Below the pieces are notes generated by a model. The model made no database searches. It was not told where the DNA came from and saw only the letters and a list, made by a program, of their open reading frames with translations. A DNA stretch of 49,956 nucleotides from Methanobacteriota archaeon (GTDB lineage Archaea; Thermoplasmatota; E2; DHVEG-1), in NCBI GenBank assembly GCA_017885605.1, contig JAFNFT010000037.1, positions 389 to 50,344 on the forward strand, read 5' to 3'. The position numbers were made by a program, and so were the translations under genes. Shown one piece after another: positions 34,731-44,669 of the stretch. Each line of letters begins with the position of its first letter. Position 1 is the stretch's first letter.

Positions 34731-36806
34731 ATGACGATTACACATGTTCGAAAAAGAACCGGGGAACTAGTTCCTTTTGATGCTGAGAAAATTACGGTTG
34801 CTATTCAGAAGTCAATGTTTTATTTGGGTGTAAAGAACAGAAAAAAAGCTGAATCTTTTACCAGACAAATCGTTGAGTCACTTCAATCAAAACAAACGAT
34901 TTTTTTCCAAGGGAGCCCCACCATTGAACAGATTCAAGATACGGTAGAAGCGGTCCTTGAAAAACGAGAAAAACGCGTGTACAAAGCGTATTCATTATAT
35001 CGACGCTCCCGGGGGATCGCCCGAGAAATTAAACAGTATTTCAAGATACACGATGATTTGAAACTTGACGTCAACGCCCTTAAAGTCCTCGAAGAACGCT
35101 ACCTTTTAAAGGACGAGACCGGGAAGATCATTGAAACACCAACGCAGTTATTCAAACGGGTTGCGACAACCATCGCAGCACAAGATGCACTCTATGGGAA
35201 AGACCCTAACAAAACAGAGGAAGAATTTTTTGCTGCGATGCGGAATCTGGAGTTTTTACCAAACTCACCGACACTCATGAATGCAGGGACACCACTTGGG
35301 CAGTTATCCGCGTGCTTCGTTCTTCCAATAGAGGATAGCTTGGAAGGGATTTTTACCACGCTGAAGAACATGGCGTTAATCCAGCAATCTGGTGGAGGGA
35401 CCGGATTTAGTTTTAGCCGTCTGCGCGAAAAAGGTGCGATTGTGAAGAGTACCAAAGGGGTCGCGAGTGGTCCTATCTCGTTCATGCGCATCTTTGATAG
35501 CACGACAGATGTGATTAAACAAGGAGGGAAACGTCGGGGTGCAAATATCGGGATCCTCCATTGCACCCATCCTGATATCGCTGATTTTGTGACCGCAAAA
35601 TCTGGGAAAAGACTTTCGAACTTTAACATCTCCGTTGGTGTGACCGATGCATTCATGAGGAAAGCGCTACACAATCGGACATTGGTGTTGCGAAGTCCAA
35701 AAACTGGGAAGATTGTCCAAAAGATTAACGCAGCAGATTTATTTGAAATGATCGTACGAAACGCCTGGGAAACCGGAGACCCAGGATTGGTGTTTCTTGA
35801 CGAAATAAACAGGAAACATCCCCTGAGAAACATAGGTCTTATTGAAGCGACAAACCCATGCGGTGAGGTCCCGTTACTCGCCTATGAATCATGCAATCTT
35901 GGTAGCATTAATCTTGCAAAAATGATGACAAATGGAAAACTGGATTGGAAAAAATTGAAAACGACGATACGACTTGCAGTCCATTTCTTAGATAACGTCA
36001 TTGATGCGAATAACTATCCATTGAACGAGACAGAAGACATAACAAAAGCGCATCGGAAAATCGGTCTTGGTGTCATGGGATTTGCTGATTTATTATTCAT
36101 GCTGAAGATCCCGTACGATGGCAAGGAAGCATTGCGACTCGGGGAACGACTCATCAAGTTCATCGCAAAAGAAGCACAAGAAACATCAATGGAACTTGGA
36201 AAAGAACGAGGGTCGTTTAAGAATTTTCAGCAAAGCACCTGGCAGAAAAAGTATTCTGCCATGCGGAATGCGACCTGTATCACGATCGCGCCAACAGGAA
36301 CCATCAGCATCATTGCTGGCTGTTCCTCAGGCATCGAACCTGTGTTTGCGTTAGCATTTATACGACGAGTGATGGAAGGAAAACAATTACCAGAGATAAA
36401 CGAAGTTTTCAAACGAGAATTGATACGACGTGATTTGTATTCAGAGGAATTGGTGCGCCAGATATCCAAAACCGGGAATATCAAACACCTCCAGTTGCCA
36501 GAGGACCTGAAAAAAATCTTTGTCACTGCACTTGACATCACACCAGAATATCATGTTCAGATGCAAGCTGCATTCCAACGGCACGTTGATAATGCAGTCA
36601 GTAAAACAGTGAATCTCCCAAAGAATTCCACACAAAAACACGTGAGAAATATTTACCTGCTCGCATGGAAGTTAAAATGCAAAGGAATCACGGTGTACCG
36701 GTATGGGAGTAAACCTGAGCAAGTGTTGTATCTTGGGACAGGCAAACCAATTGTGGTTACATCTGATTACGCAGGCGATTGTCCAACAGGTTTATGCCCA
36801 CACTAA
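34731..36806 (+). CDS. nrdJ: Adenosylcobalamin-dependent (class II) ribonucleotide reductase with N-terminal ATP cone
   Basis: VRKRTG...FDAEKI ATP cone; PNSPTLMNAG, SACFVLP, QGGKRRGAN, TNPCGE, ESCNLGS, IAPTGTIS, KGITVYR; C-terminal CxxxxC. Confidence 0.93.
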   Translation: MTITHVRKRTGELVPFDAEKITVAIQKSMFYLGVKNRKKAESFTRQIVESLQSKQTIFFQGSPTIEQIQDTVEAVLEKREKRVYKAYSLYRRSRGIAREIKQYFKIHDDLKLDVNALKVLEERYLLKDETGKIIETPTQLFKRVATTIAAQDALYGKDPNKTEEEFFAAMRNLEFLPNSPTLMNAGTPLGQLSACFVLPIEDSLEGIFTTLKNMALIQQSGGGTGFSFSRLREKGAIVKSTKGVASGPISFMRIFDSTTDVIKQGGKRRGANIGILHCTHPDIADFVTAKSGKRLSNFNISVGVTDAFMRKALHNRTLVLRSPKTGKIVQKINAADLFEMIVRNAWETGDPGLVFLDEINRKHPLRNIGLIEATNPCGEVPLLAYESCNLGSINLAKMMTNGKLDWKKLKTTIRLAVHFLDNVIDANNYPLNETEDITKAHRKIGLGVMGFADLLFMLKIPYDGKEALRLGERLIKFIAKEAQETSMELGKERGSFKNFQQSTWQKKYSAMRNATCITIAPTGTISIIAGCSSGIEPVFALAFIRRVMEGKQLPEINEVFKRELIRRDLYSEELVRQISKTGNIKHLQLPEDLKKIFVTALDITPEYHVQMQAAFQRHVDNAVSKTVNLPKNSTQKHVRNIYLLAWKLKCKGITVYRYGSKPEQVLYLGTGKPIVVTSDYAGDCPTGLCPH

Positions 36807-36940
36807 TCGGCATAAAAAACAAATATTTAAAAACCAAAACGAGATAAGATTTCCTGCCCTATGGATGAAATTGATGCACCAATACTCCAAGTAGTGTATT
36901 TTTTTTGTTTGTTGGGATGAGTTGATCGAAAGGAGAGACT

Positions 36941-37390
36941 ATGAAGAATATTAAGGAAGGGGATACGGTCCAGCTTTTATGCGAGGCGAAATTAGAATCC
37001 GGTGAACTCTGCTATAACAACGATGCAAAAGATCCACTGGAACTAGTGGTTGGAGACGGAAAATTTTTTCCCACTGTCGAAGAAGCATTACATGAGATGA
37101 CTGAAGGCGAAACAAAGGTGATAACTCTTGAAGCCGAAGACGCATTTGGTCCTCATATCGATGACCTCGTCATCAAAGTACCAAAATCAGTGTTTAAAAC
37201 TGAGGTGACCTTAGAGATCGGCTCTCGCATAAAAATAGATGTGCCAACTGGTAAATCGTTTATCGGTACGATCATAGCGATGGATGAGCAGACATTGACC
37301 TTAGATATGAATCATCTCTTAGCAGGGAAACGAATAATAGTAAAAGTCACGGTTATTTCCATCATAGAACCGATTACAAAAGAAGAATAG
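36941..37390 (+). CDS. FKBP-type peptidyl-prolyl isomerase (SlyD-like, with insert-in-flap domain, no His tail)
   Basis: IKEGDTV...PLELVVGDG...EEAL..M..GETK...EDAFG...LDMNHLLAGK. Confidence 0.88.
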   Translation: MKNIKEGDTVQLLCEAKLESGELCYNNDAKDPLELVVGDGKFFPTVEEALHEMTEGETKVITLEAEDAFGPHIDDLVIKVPKSVFKTEVTLEIGSRIKIDVPTGKSFIGTIIAMDEQTLTLDMNHLLAGKRIIVKVTVISIIEPITKEE

Positions 37391-37477
37391 TATCATGAAC
37401 TTTTTTCGAGATTAATAAAAAAAAACAAAGAGGTATGGTTCATTCGAATGATTTCATATCCTCTTTAGGTTTTCTTT

Positions 37478-38866
37478 TTATCTCATATATTTGGCGACAA
37501 ACTCATCAACCTCTGGGATACCGCCTTGGAGTATAATATAACCATTATGTGGTTCTCTCTCCGTAATTTCCCCAGCGATTGGCGTGAGCATGATCTTTTT
37601 TACTTCCTCTGGATTATTTGTATGGCCAAGAGCCCAGCAGAGTTTCATATAGGCGACCTCTGGTAACATATTCTGCGCGGGAATCACGCCGAGTTTCATA
37701 AGATCCCGTCCGGTGTCATACACATACATCTGCACATATCCCCATAATGTCTGGACCGTCATATACACCGCGATTCCTTCTTCAATCGCACGTTGTAACG
37801 GGGCATATAAGGGTTTATTGACATGACCTAGTCCAGTCCCCGCAATCACTATTCCTTTGTACTTATGGTCAATGAGTGATTCAATCATATCTGGCAACAT
37901 ATTTGGATAGTAGTAGACTATCGCCACTTTGCCCTCAAACGCAGTATCGATGATGACGTCCCTATCTTTTCTGCGTTTATTGTAATCTTTTCGGAGGTAT
38001 CTGAACTCTGTTGGAGTCACGGTTGCAAGAGGGATATCACCAATAGTCCGGAACGTGCTTCGGTAGCTACTGTGCATTTTCCGCACACGGGTTCCTCGAT
38101 GAAGTAAATTATATTGGTCGCTTGTTGGTCCGAACATGCACACCATCACTTCAGCGATATCACAATACGCTGCAGTTCGTGTTGCGTTGATGAGGTTCAA
38201 CGCCGCGTCGCTCGACGGTCTGTCTGAGGACCTCTGCGAACCGACTAGTACGATAGGCACGGGTGGTTTCTGCACCATAAATGAAAGGATTGCTCCGGTA
38301 TGATGCATAGTGTCGGTCCCATGACCAATCATAATACCATCCACACCGCTTTCTATTTCTTTGCCGATTGCTTTTGCTGTAGTGATATACTGTTCTGGCC
38401 CCATATTTTCACTAAAAATGCCGTATAGTTTCTCTGTCTTTAAGTTGCAGATCCCTGCTAATTCTGGGACTGCACCGTATAACTCACCCGGGGAAAACGC
38501 GGGGATCACTGCTCCCGTGCGATAATCTAACCGTGATGCGATTGTTCCGCCTGTCCCAAACAAGGTCACATTTGGTTTTTTTGCATCTTTTGGAAATTCC
38601 GACTCAGGTATTTTATAATGACCTTCCTTATAGCCAACCTCTTTGACTGACTTGATTGAATTTACTTTTATTCCAACGTTATAGCCGTTATGCAGTTTAA
38701 GGACAATATGTTGGTCATCTTCTGTTTCTGCCCTTGGGAGGATGATACCGCTGAAGGTGCCTCTGGTTGACGTCATGACGACATCACTCCAGACCTTGAT
38801 GCCCAGCTCGATGAGTTTTTGTTTTGCTGCGCCGCGATATCCTTTGTACATGTCTTCATTTACCAC
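37478..38866 (-). CDS. gatD: Glu-tRNA(Gln) amidotransferase subunit D
   Basis: N-terminal VLKLHNGYNVG domain; asparaginase motifs TGGTIASRLDY.TG, HGTDT, GSQRSSDRPSSD, RKMHSS.R, GTGLGHV. Confidence 0.96.
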   Translation of the reverse strand: MVNEDMYKGYRGAAKQKLIELGIKVWSDVVMTSTRGTFSGIILPRAETEDDQHIVLKLHNGYNVGIKVNSIKSVKEVGYKEGHYKIPESEFPKDAKKPNVTLFGTGGTIASRLDYRTGAVIPAFSPGELYGAVPELAGICNLKTEKLYGIFSENMGPEQYITTAKAIGKEIESGVDGIMIGHGTDTMHHTGAILSFMVQKPPVPIVLVGSQRSSDRPSSDAALNLINATRTAAYCDIAEVMVCMFGPTSDQYNLLHRGTRVRKMHSSYRSTFRTIGDIPLATVTPTEFRYLRKDYNKRRKDRDVIIDTAFEGKVAIVYYYPNMLPDMIESLIDHKYKGIVIAGTGLGHVNKPLYAPLQRAIEEGIAVYMTVQTLWGYVQMYVYDTGRDLMKLGVIPAQNMLPEVAYMKLCWALGHTNNPEEVKKIMLTPIAGEITEREPHNGYIILQGGIPEVDEFVAKYMR

Positions 38867-38935
38867 TTACATCACCATGATTGTGCTGAAAACGATAAGA
38901 GAAAAGGACTATAAAGAAATATAGTTCCTCCTTTT

Positions 38936-40927
38936 GTGTATAAAAAAGGGATGCTCCTAAGGAAAGAGACGCAATATTTAGATAGAAGTGACGTATTTGA
39001 CCCCCTCAGAATGTCCGATGACCTCTTAGAAAATGATACCTACTACAAAGAGTTAGGTTTACGATGTGGTTTAGAGATTCATCAGCAGTTGTTGACTGAG
39101 AAAAAATTATTCTGCCGGTGTCACACTGTTCTGCATCGGGACGAGCCAGGTGCGGTCATCTTACGACATATGCGACCGACGCTTTCAGAACTTGGTGAGT
39201 ATGATGGGACTGCCTTAATGGAGTTTAAGACAAAAAAGAACGTTATTTACCAACTCTACAATGACACCGTGTGCACCTATGAAATGGATGACACACCACC
39301 CTTTCACCTGAATTATGAGGCCTTAGACATCGCTCTTGAGATCGGTTTATTGCTGAATTACAGCATCGTCGATGAAATTCACATCAGCCGAAAACAATAT
39401 CTCGATGGAAGCATCCCGACCGGTTTTCAAAGAACCGGGATTGTCGGTGTCGAAGGGTGGATCCCCTATAAAAACAGAAAAATAGGTCTGATTCAGCTTG
39501 GGCTGGAGGAAGACGCATGCCGTGAGATCAGCGATGTGGGTCATCAGATTATTTTTAAAACCGACCGGTTAAGTATCCCGTTGGTCGAGGTCGTGACCCA
39601 CCCGGATATACAGACCCCTGCTGAGGCTGGCGAAGTCGCTCGACTGATCGGACGATTGCTTCGTTCCACTGGGAAAGTACGGCGAGGTCTGGGGAGCGTT
39701 CGCCAGGACATCAATGTCAGTATAACGGGCAGTACACGCATAGAGCTGAAAGGGGTTTCTAAGCTTCAGTACATCCCCCGAGCTGTGGCTCATGAGGTAG
39801 GCCGACAAAAAGCGCTTCTTGCTATCCGTGATGAACTTCGACTTCGTGGTATTACAGAAAAAACGTTTCAAAGTGAACAGAAGGATGTTACCTCATTATT
39901 ACAACATTCACGATCAAAGCGGTTGAAAGAAGTTCTGAAAAACAAAGGAAAAATCCATGGCATTGTACTGCGTAGTTTTACCGGTATTTTTGAATTCCCC
40001 ACACAAGTTGGAAAGACATTTAAGGATGAGATCGCGGGTCGTGTGAGAGTTATCGCCTGTCTTGATGTCATGCCTAATATTGTCTCAGATGCTCATTTTC
40101 GGGAATTCGGTCTGAGCAAAAAGGAAATCACATCGGTAGAGACACTGTTTGATGCAAAACCGACAGATACGCTCGTTCTTGTTTGGGGCAGTGAGGATGA
40201 CGTAGAAACTGCCATAAAAGAAATTAAAATACGAACGGTGGAGGCAACGATCGGGGTCCCTTCTGAAACCAGGCAGGTTTTTCCTGATGGGAGCAATGAT
40301 TTTGAACGGATCTTGCCAGGTCCGAACAGGATGTACCCTGATACGGATACACCACCAACACCAATCTCTCAGAAATCCTTGGAGAGTATAAAAAGAGGGA
40401 TGCCAGAACCACTCTGGGACTGTGAAAAAAGATTAGCAGCTCTTGGGCTTCCTCACTCCCTTATCACATCCCTCAGTATATCCAGAAATTTAAAAGTATT
40501 TGACAGGATAACAGAAACGTTGAAGGTTAAGCCGATTCTAGTCGCGGTGACGTTAGAGGAAACACTGAAAGCGCTGCAAAGAAAAGGCAAACATCCTGAG
40601 ATATTGTCAGATGAGACCTTGTATCATATTTTTCAGTTGCTCAGTGAAAAGAAATTTAGCAAGGAAGCACTCCCGACAGTTCTTGCGTTTTTGGCAGAGC
40701 ATCCAGATAAAACACCATCGGAGGCAGTCACAGAATTACAGATAGCGCCTCTTTCAGCGGAAGCTCTTCAAAGTGTTGTTGATGAGGTTATAGCGAGGTG
40801 CTCTAATCCTAAAACGATCAATTGCACTTCTAATGTGGTCATGGGTGAAGTAATGAAGGTTGCTCGGAACAGAATAGACGGTAAAGTAATACATGATATA
40901 GTAAAAACAAAATTGTCAGCTCATTAA
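38936..40927 (+). CDS. gatE: Glu-tRNA(Gln) amidotransferase subunit E
   Basis: GLEIHQQL, KLFC.C, RPTLSELGE.D, DGSIPTGFQRT, LEEDAC, RGLGSVRQD.NVSI, PG..RMYPDTD. True start probably ATG at 38951 or 39011. Confidence 0.95.
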   Translation: MYKKGMLLRKETQYLDRSDVFDPLRMSDDLLENDTYYKELGLRCGLEIHQQLLTEKKLFCRCHTVLHRDEPGAVILRHMRPTLSELGEYDGTALMEFKTKKNVIYQLYNDTVCTYEMDDTPPFHLNYEALDIALEIGLLLNYSIVDEIHISRKQYLDGSIPTGFQRTGIVGVEGWIPYKNRKIGLIQLGLEEDACREISDVGHQIIFKTDRLSIPLVEVVTHPDIQTPAEAGEVARLIGRLLRSTGKVRRGLGSVRQDINVSITGSTRIELKGVSKLQYIPRAVAHEVGRQKALLAIRDELRLRGITEKTFQSEQKDVTSLLQHSRSKRLKEVLKNKGKIHGIVLRSFTGIFEFPTQVGKTFKDEIAGRVRVIACLDVMPNIVSDAHFREFGLSKKEITSVETLFDAKPTDTLVLVWGSEDDVETAIKEIKIRTVEATIGVPSETRQVFPDGSNDFERILPGPNRMYPDTDTPPTPISQKSLESIKRGMPEPLWDCEKRLAALGLPHSLITSLSISRNLKVFDRITETLKVKPILVAVTLEETLKALQRKGKHPEILSDETLYHIFQLLSEKKFSKEALPTVLAFLAEHPDKTPSEAVTELQIAPLSAEALQSVVDEVIARCSNPKTINCTSNVVMGEVMKVARNRIDGKVIHDIVKTKLSAH

Positions 40928-40944
40928 AACGACAGAAAAAGGAG

Positions 40945-41090
40945 TTATTCTTTTTTTTCCTTAGTTGCTCCTTCTTTTACCCCTTTTCCAAATGCTTTTA
41001 CAACACCCCATCCTTTTTTGACGCCTTTCCCAATAACTTCCCCGGTTTTTTCAGCAGCCACTTCAACAGATCCTTTTTTTCTTCGTCCAT
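40945..41090 (-). CDS. Unannotated small gene interrupted by a -1 frameshift at A-AAA-AAG (48 aa if shifted; 30 aa in zero frame)
   Basis: Strong GGTGAGGTG SD 5 nt before ATG 41090. Zero frame stops at 40998-41000; -1 frame reads GSVEVAAEKTGEVIGKGVKKGWGVVKAFGKGVKEGATKEKKE to TAA 40945-40947. Confidence 0.6.
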
Positions 41091-41117
41091 AGAGACACCT
41101 CACCTTTTTTTCTCATA

Positions 41118-41540
41118 TTATTTCTTATCAACTGTAATAGGATTTGGTCCGAGTTTCTTCATCTCTGCGACAAACTCTGTAACGATGGACGCAAACTTTT
41201 GTCCTTCTGAAGCAGAGACATATTCAAAGCGAACCCGTTGCGGTTCAACCCCAAGTTCCATCAATAATTTTTTGAGTAATTTAATCCTTCGGTTCGTCTT
41301 ATAATTCCCTGATTGGTAATGACAGTCACCAGGATGACATCCCGCAATAAGGACTCCATCAACCCCTTTTCGTAATGCTTCAAGCACAAAAGATGGGTCG
41401 ACCCGCCCGGAGCACATGACCCGGATTGATTTCAGGTTCGATGGATATTTCATCCGACTGGTTCCGGCGAGATCTGCTCCAGCGTAACTGCACCAGTTGC
41501 AGAGAAATCCAAGGATGTTTGGTTCAAATTCTTTTGACAT
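41118..41540 (-). CDS. mvhD: Hydrogenase iron-sulfur subunit MvhD (delta)
   Basis: FLCNWCSYAGADLAG, RVMCSGRVDP, GCHPGDCHY, SASEG.KF. Confidence 0.95.
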   Translation of the reverse strand: MSKEFEPNILGFLCNWCSYAGADLAGTSRMKYPSNLKSIRVMCSGRVDPSFVLEALRKGVDGVLIAGCHPGDCHYQSGNYKTNRRIKLLKKLLMELGVEPQRVRFEYVSASEGQKFASIVTEFVAEMKKLGPNPITVDKK

Positions 41541-41551
41541 ACTTTTTTCCT

Positions 41552-42010
41552 CTAGGTGTTTTTCAGCTCCTCAAGGACCAGGGCAACCGCAGTTGGTACC
41601 GCAGAGGCGACTTCACTGCTGAGATGTTCCCCAAACTCATAGATGTTGTTCACGGTAATGCCGATCAGGATGATCTTTGACGGGAGGTGTTTTTCTCCGA
41701 GTTGTTTAGCCAAATGCAACGCTTCAGATAGCGAGACATCATGAGGATTACTGGAATGAACCGTGTGAAAATCGGAAAGCAAAAAGCGTTTCACTTCACC
41801 AGGTTTGCTATCGTTTTGTTTCACAGCATCGATCAGGATGACCTTCTCATACCCACGGATCATGTCCAGGAGGTTCATTCCACCTGTCGATGCGGTCTCT
41901 ATCGTGACCATCGGATTGTTCATCCGCTGGCGAAGCGCATCGATAACATGCAGTCCGACGCCATCATCCTGCAGGATTGGGTTCCCAATACCAAGCACGA
42001 TCGTTTTCAT
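41552..42010 (-). CDS. Hydrogenase maturation protease (HycI/HyaD family)
   Basis: LGIGNPILQDDGVG, ILIDAV, PG, HD motifs. Confidence 0.93.
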   Translation of the reverse strand: MKTIVLGIGNPILQDDGVGLHVIDALRQRMNNPMVTIETASTGGMNLLDMIRGYEKVILIDAVKQNDSKPGEVKRFLLSDFHTVHSSNPHDVSLSEALHLAKQLGEKHLPSKIILIGITVNNIYEFGEHLSSEVASAVPTAVALVLEELKNT

Positions 42011-42019
42011 CTTCTGCTC

Positions 42020-43477
42020 CTAGGGTTGTGAAAATGTTCGATATAATTTCTTCTGATGATTGTAAATATTCACCGTCATCGGCAGTCCCCCGGGGAGGGT
42101 ATGGGTCGCGCATCCGAAACAGGGGTCATACGCACGGAACGCCATCTCCACCTTGTTTAACAACCCGTCATTGACCTGCCCTTTTTTGATGACACCTTTG
42201 GCTGCATCCCGCACGGACATGGTGATTGCTCCTGCGTTGTTCGTGGTCGCAACAATCATGTTTGCCTTCACAATCAATCCATTCTTGTCAAGATGATAGT
42301 GATGAATCAGGGTGCCTCGTGCCGCCTCGACAACGCCAATCCCTTCCCCTGGTGTTCCCACGGGATTTCGAATATGAGTTGAGGTGATGTCTGCATCCTC
42401 GATGAGTTCTTTTGCCCGTTCGGTCGCATACAGGAGCTCGATGAGTCGCGCCCAATGGAACGCAAGGGTTGAGTTTACTGGTTTTCCGCCGAGGGTGTCG
42501 AACATGCGTTTGTATTCCTTCTCTGCTTGAGGAGTAGCCATTCCGTCGGAAGCATTCAACCGACCCAAGGGACCGACGCGATAGATCCCGCTTTTCTTCC
42601 CGTCTGAGAGTCCCTGCCATCCAATGGATTTCAGGTACGGGTATTTCATGTAGCTCCATTCTTCGACACGCTCAGCGATGTGTTTTGTATAGTCTTTTCC
42701 CTCAAATTTCTCTAATTGGTTTCCCTCTTGGTCCGTGACTCGGATGAGGCCGTCGTAAAAATTAACCTTATTGTGTTTGTCGACGAGACCCATATTATAG
42801 GTTTTTAGTATGTACGGATCTGAACGAATCATATCGACGTACGCTTTGTTCTTCAGAACGATATCATCAAACAGGTTCAAGGTGAATTTCGCAAACGTGT
42901 TACATGATGCGACCATGTCTTTGATTTCCTTGACTTCGTCTTTGGAGAGCCCTTTGGAGACTCCACCAGGCAGCCCGCAGACCGGATGGGTAGCTTTACC
43001 CCCGAGAATCGCGGTGATTCTCTGACCGTACGCCCGGTGTTTTATGACATCTTTGGCAACGTCAACACCAGTTTTTTCGATGACACCAAGGATGTTTCTC
43101 TTTGCGGCAGGGGCTTCTGGGCCAACTACGAAATCAGGACCGCCCAGGAAATAGAAATGAAGGATATGGTCATAAATGATATACCCGCAATACAATAGTT
43201 CTCTGAGTTTTTTCGCATTAGCTGGTGGATCGACATGAAATGCTGCATCTAACGCTTTGGTGGCAGCGAAATGATGGGCAACCGGGCAGACACCACAAAT
43301 ACGAGAGGTGATCTGTGGCATATCCTCAGCACGCCGGCCTTCTGAGAATTTTTCAAATCCTCTGAGTTCCGGGATCTGCAGGTACGCATTTTCGACATCA
43401 CCCTGTTCATTTAGGAAGATGGTGATTTTTCCATGGCCTTCCAACCGGGTGATCGGGTCGATCGTTATGGTTTTCAT
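42020..43477 (-). CDS. mvhA: [NiFe]-hydrogenase large subunit, group 3c (MvhA)
   Basis: DPITRLEGHG, ELRGFEKF, L1 RICGVC, EAARGTL.HHY, L2 RAYDPCFGCATH followed by a cleavable C-terminal tail. Confidence 0.93.
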   Translation of the reverse strand: MKTITIDPITRLEGHGKITIFLNEQGDVENAYLQIPELRGFEKFSEGRRAEDMPQITSRICGVCPVAHHFAATKALDAAFHVDPPANAKKLRELLYCGYIIYDHILHFYFLGGPDFVVGPEAPAAKRNILGVIEKTGVDVAKDVIKHRAYGQRITAILGGKATHPVCGLPGGVSKGLSKDEVKEIKDMVASCNTFAKFTLNLFDDIVLKNKAYVDMIRSDPYILKTYNMGLVDKHNKVNFYDGLIRVTDQEGNQLEKFEGKDYTKHIAERVEEWSYMKYPYLKSIGWQGLSDGKKSGIYRVGPLGRLNASDGMATPQAEKEYKRMFDTLGGKPVNSTLAFHWARLIELLYATERAKELIEDADITSTHIRNPVGTPGEGIGVVEAARGTLIHHYHLDKNGLIVKANMIVATTNNAGAITMSVRDAAKGVIKKGQVNDGLLNKVEMAFRAYDPCFGCATHTLPGGLPMTVNIYNHQKKLYRTFSQP

Positions 43478-44472
43478 TTCATCACCCGCCGGTTAATAAG
43501 CGATGCTGGTAACGTGTATTTGTAGAACGTGCCGACAACATCCCGTATCTCTTCGATGAGCCTGTCGACTTCTTCGTCGGTCATGCCTTGTTCGGTCTCC
43601 ACACCAAGGATCGAGGCGAGTGCGGAGATCATGCTTGCTCCCTGGTCGAGTGCGTTTGGGAGGATCCCGCCACAACCGGTACACGGCATGTTTCCCTCCA
43701 TGCATCTGCCGCGGCAACCAGAACGTGTCGCAGGCCCTAAACAGATCACGCTTTGTTCAAGGAAGCATTTCTCCTCGATTTTTTCCAGCTCGTAAATACG
43801 TTTGACGGTGTTAATCTTCTTCTCTGAGAGTTTAAACCGGCATTCGTCACAGACTGATTTGAGAGGTGCAAGAACGGAGCCTTTCGGTGGAAGTCTGTTT
43901 TCCACGATTGCATTAAAAGCATCTAGGATCAACCAGGGTGGTGGTGGACAGCCGGGGATGTAGTAGTCGACGTCAACAACCTGATGAAGAGGTTTCACAC
44001 TGTCGTAAAACTCTGGGAGTGTAAGGTCCCCCTCGTGTACCTTTGTGGTAGTTTTCGGTACCACGTTTTCAGGGTTCTCAATCGAAGGATTCTCTTGATA
44101 CACTGTTTTAAAGACCTCCTCTCGATTCGTCATGTTCGCGAGACCAGGGACCCCGCCGCTAACTGCGCAAGCCCCAAATGAGATGAGGATCTTTGATTTC
44201 TTGCGAAGAAGTTTTGCGAGATGCTCATGTTCTGAGGTGCGGATCCCACCGTTGAAAAAACATACATCAATGCTATGATCATCAAGAGCCTCCACATCTT
44301 TATATTTTGTATCAATAGCGACCGGCCAAAACACGATATCAGCAGCAGCGGTGATATCGAGGATTTTCTCATCAATATCGAGCATCCCGATTTCACAGCC
44401 GCCACAGCTGGCAGCCCAGTATAATGCGATTTGGAGTTTCTTGCTTGGTTCTTTTTTCTTATCGGTTGACAT
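43474..44472 (-). CDS. mvhG: [NiFe]-hydrogenase small subunit MvhG
   Basis: WAASCGGCE, FGACA..GG.PGL, IPGCPP, SVCDEC, CFLEQ..ICLGPATRSGC...C.....PCTGC. ATG at 44472 follows a GGTGA SD. Confidence 0.92.
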   Translation of the reverse strand: MSTDKKKEPSKKLQIALYWAASCGGCEIGMLDIDEKILDITAAADIVFWPVAIDTKYKDVEALDDHSIDVCFFNGGIRTSEHEHLAKLLRKKSKILISFGACAVSGGVPGLANMTNREEVFKTVYQENPSIENPENVVPKTTTKVHEGDLTLPEFYDSVKPLHQVVDVDYYIPGCPPPPWLILDAFNAIVENRLPPKGSVLAPLKSVCDECRFKLSEKKINTVKRIYELEKIEEKCFLEQSVICLGPATRSGCRGRCMEGNMPCTGCGGILPNALDQGASMISALASILGVETEQGMTDEEVDRLIEEIRDVVGTFYKYTLPASLINRRVMK

Positions 44473-44669
44473 TCTCATCACCAAGATGATCGAGGTCTGA
44501 ACGTGTCTTTCTACCCGAGGTCTACGCAGGTATTGTCGAAGAGATCCCCCACAAGAGAGGTAACTAGGTGGTTGATGTAAATACTGAACAGATATATGTG
44601 TTTAACTGTACAAATATACCAGTGGAAGAGAACCTTTTTACCTCTCCAGCGGTTCCCCTCTTGTTTAGT

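Noticed and set aside
34731-36806. Intein in nrdJ (also considered for radB)
   Set aside because: Lengths are normal, catalytic motifs are contiguous, and no intein splice-junction or LAGLIDADG motifs are visible.
36941-37390. SlyD as a nickel chaperone for the nearby hydrogenase
   Set aside because: It lacks the His/Cys-rich metal-binding tail and is separated from the mvh genes by gatDE.
41118-44484. Selenocysteine recoding in Mvh subunits
   Set aside because: The positions that are Sec in Vhu-type enzymes are Cys here, and the ORFs have no in-frame TGA.
44485-44600. CGAGGTCT direct repeat (44491 and 44516) and possible structured leader of mvhG
   Set aside because: Only two 8-bp copies and no clear fold; not distinguishable from chance by eye.
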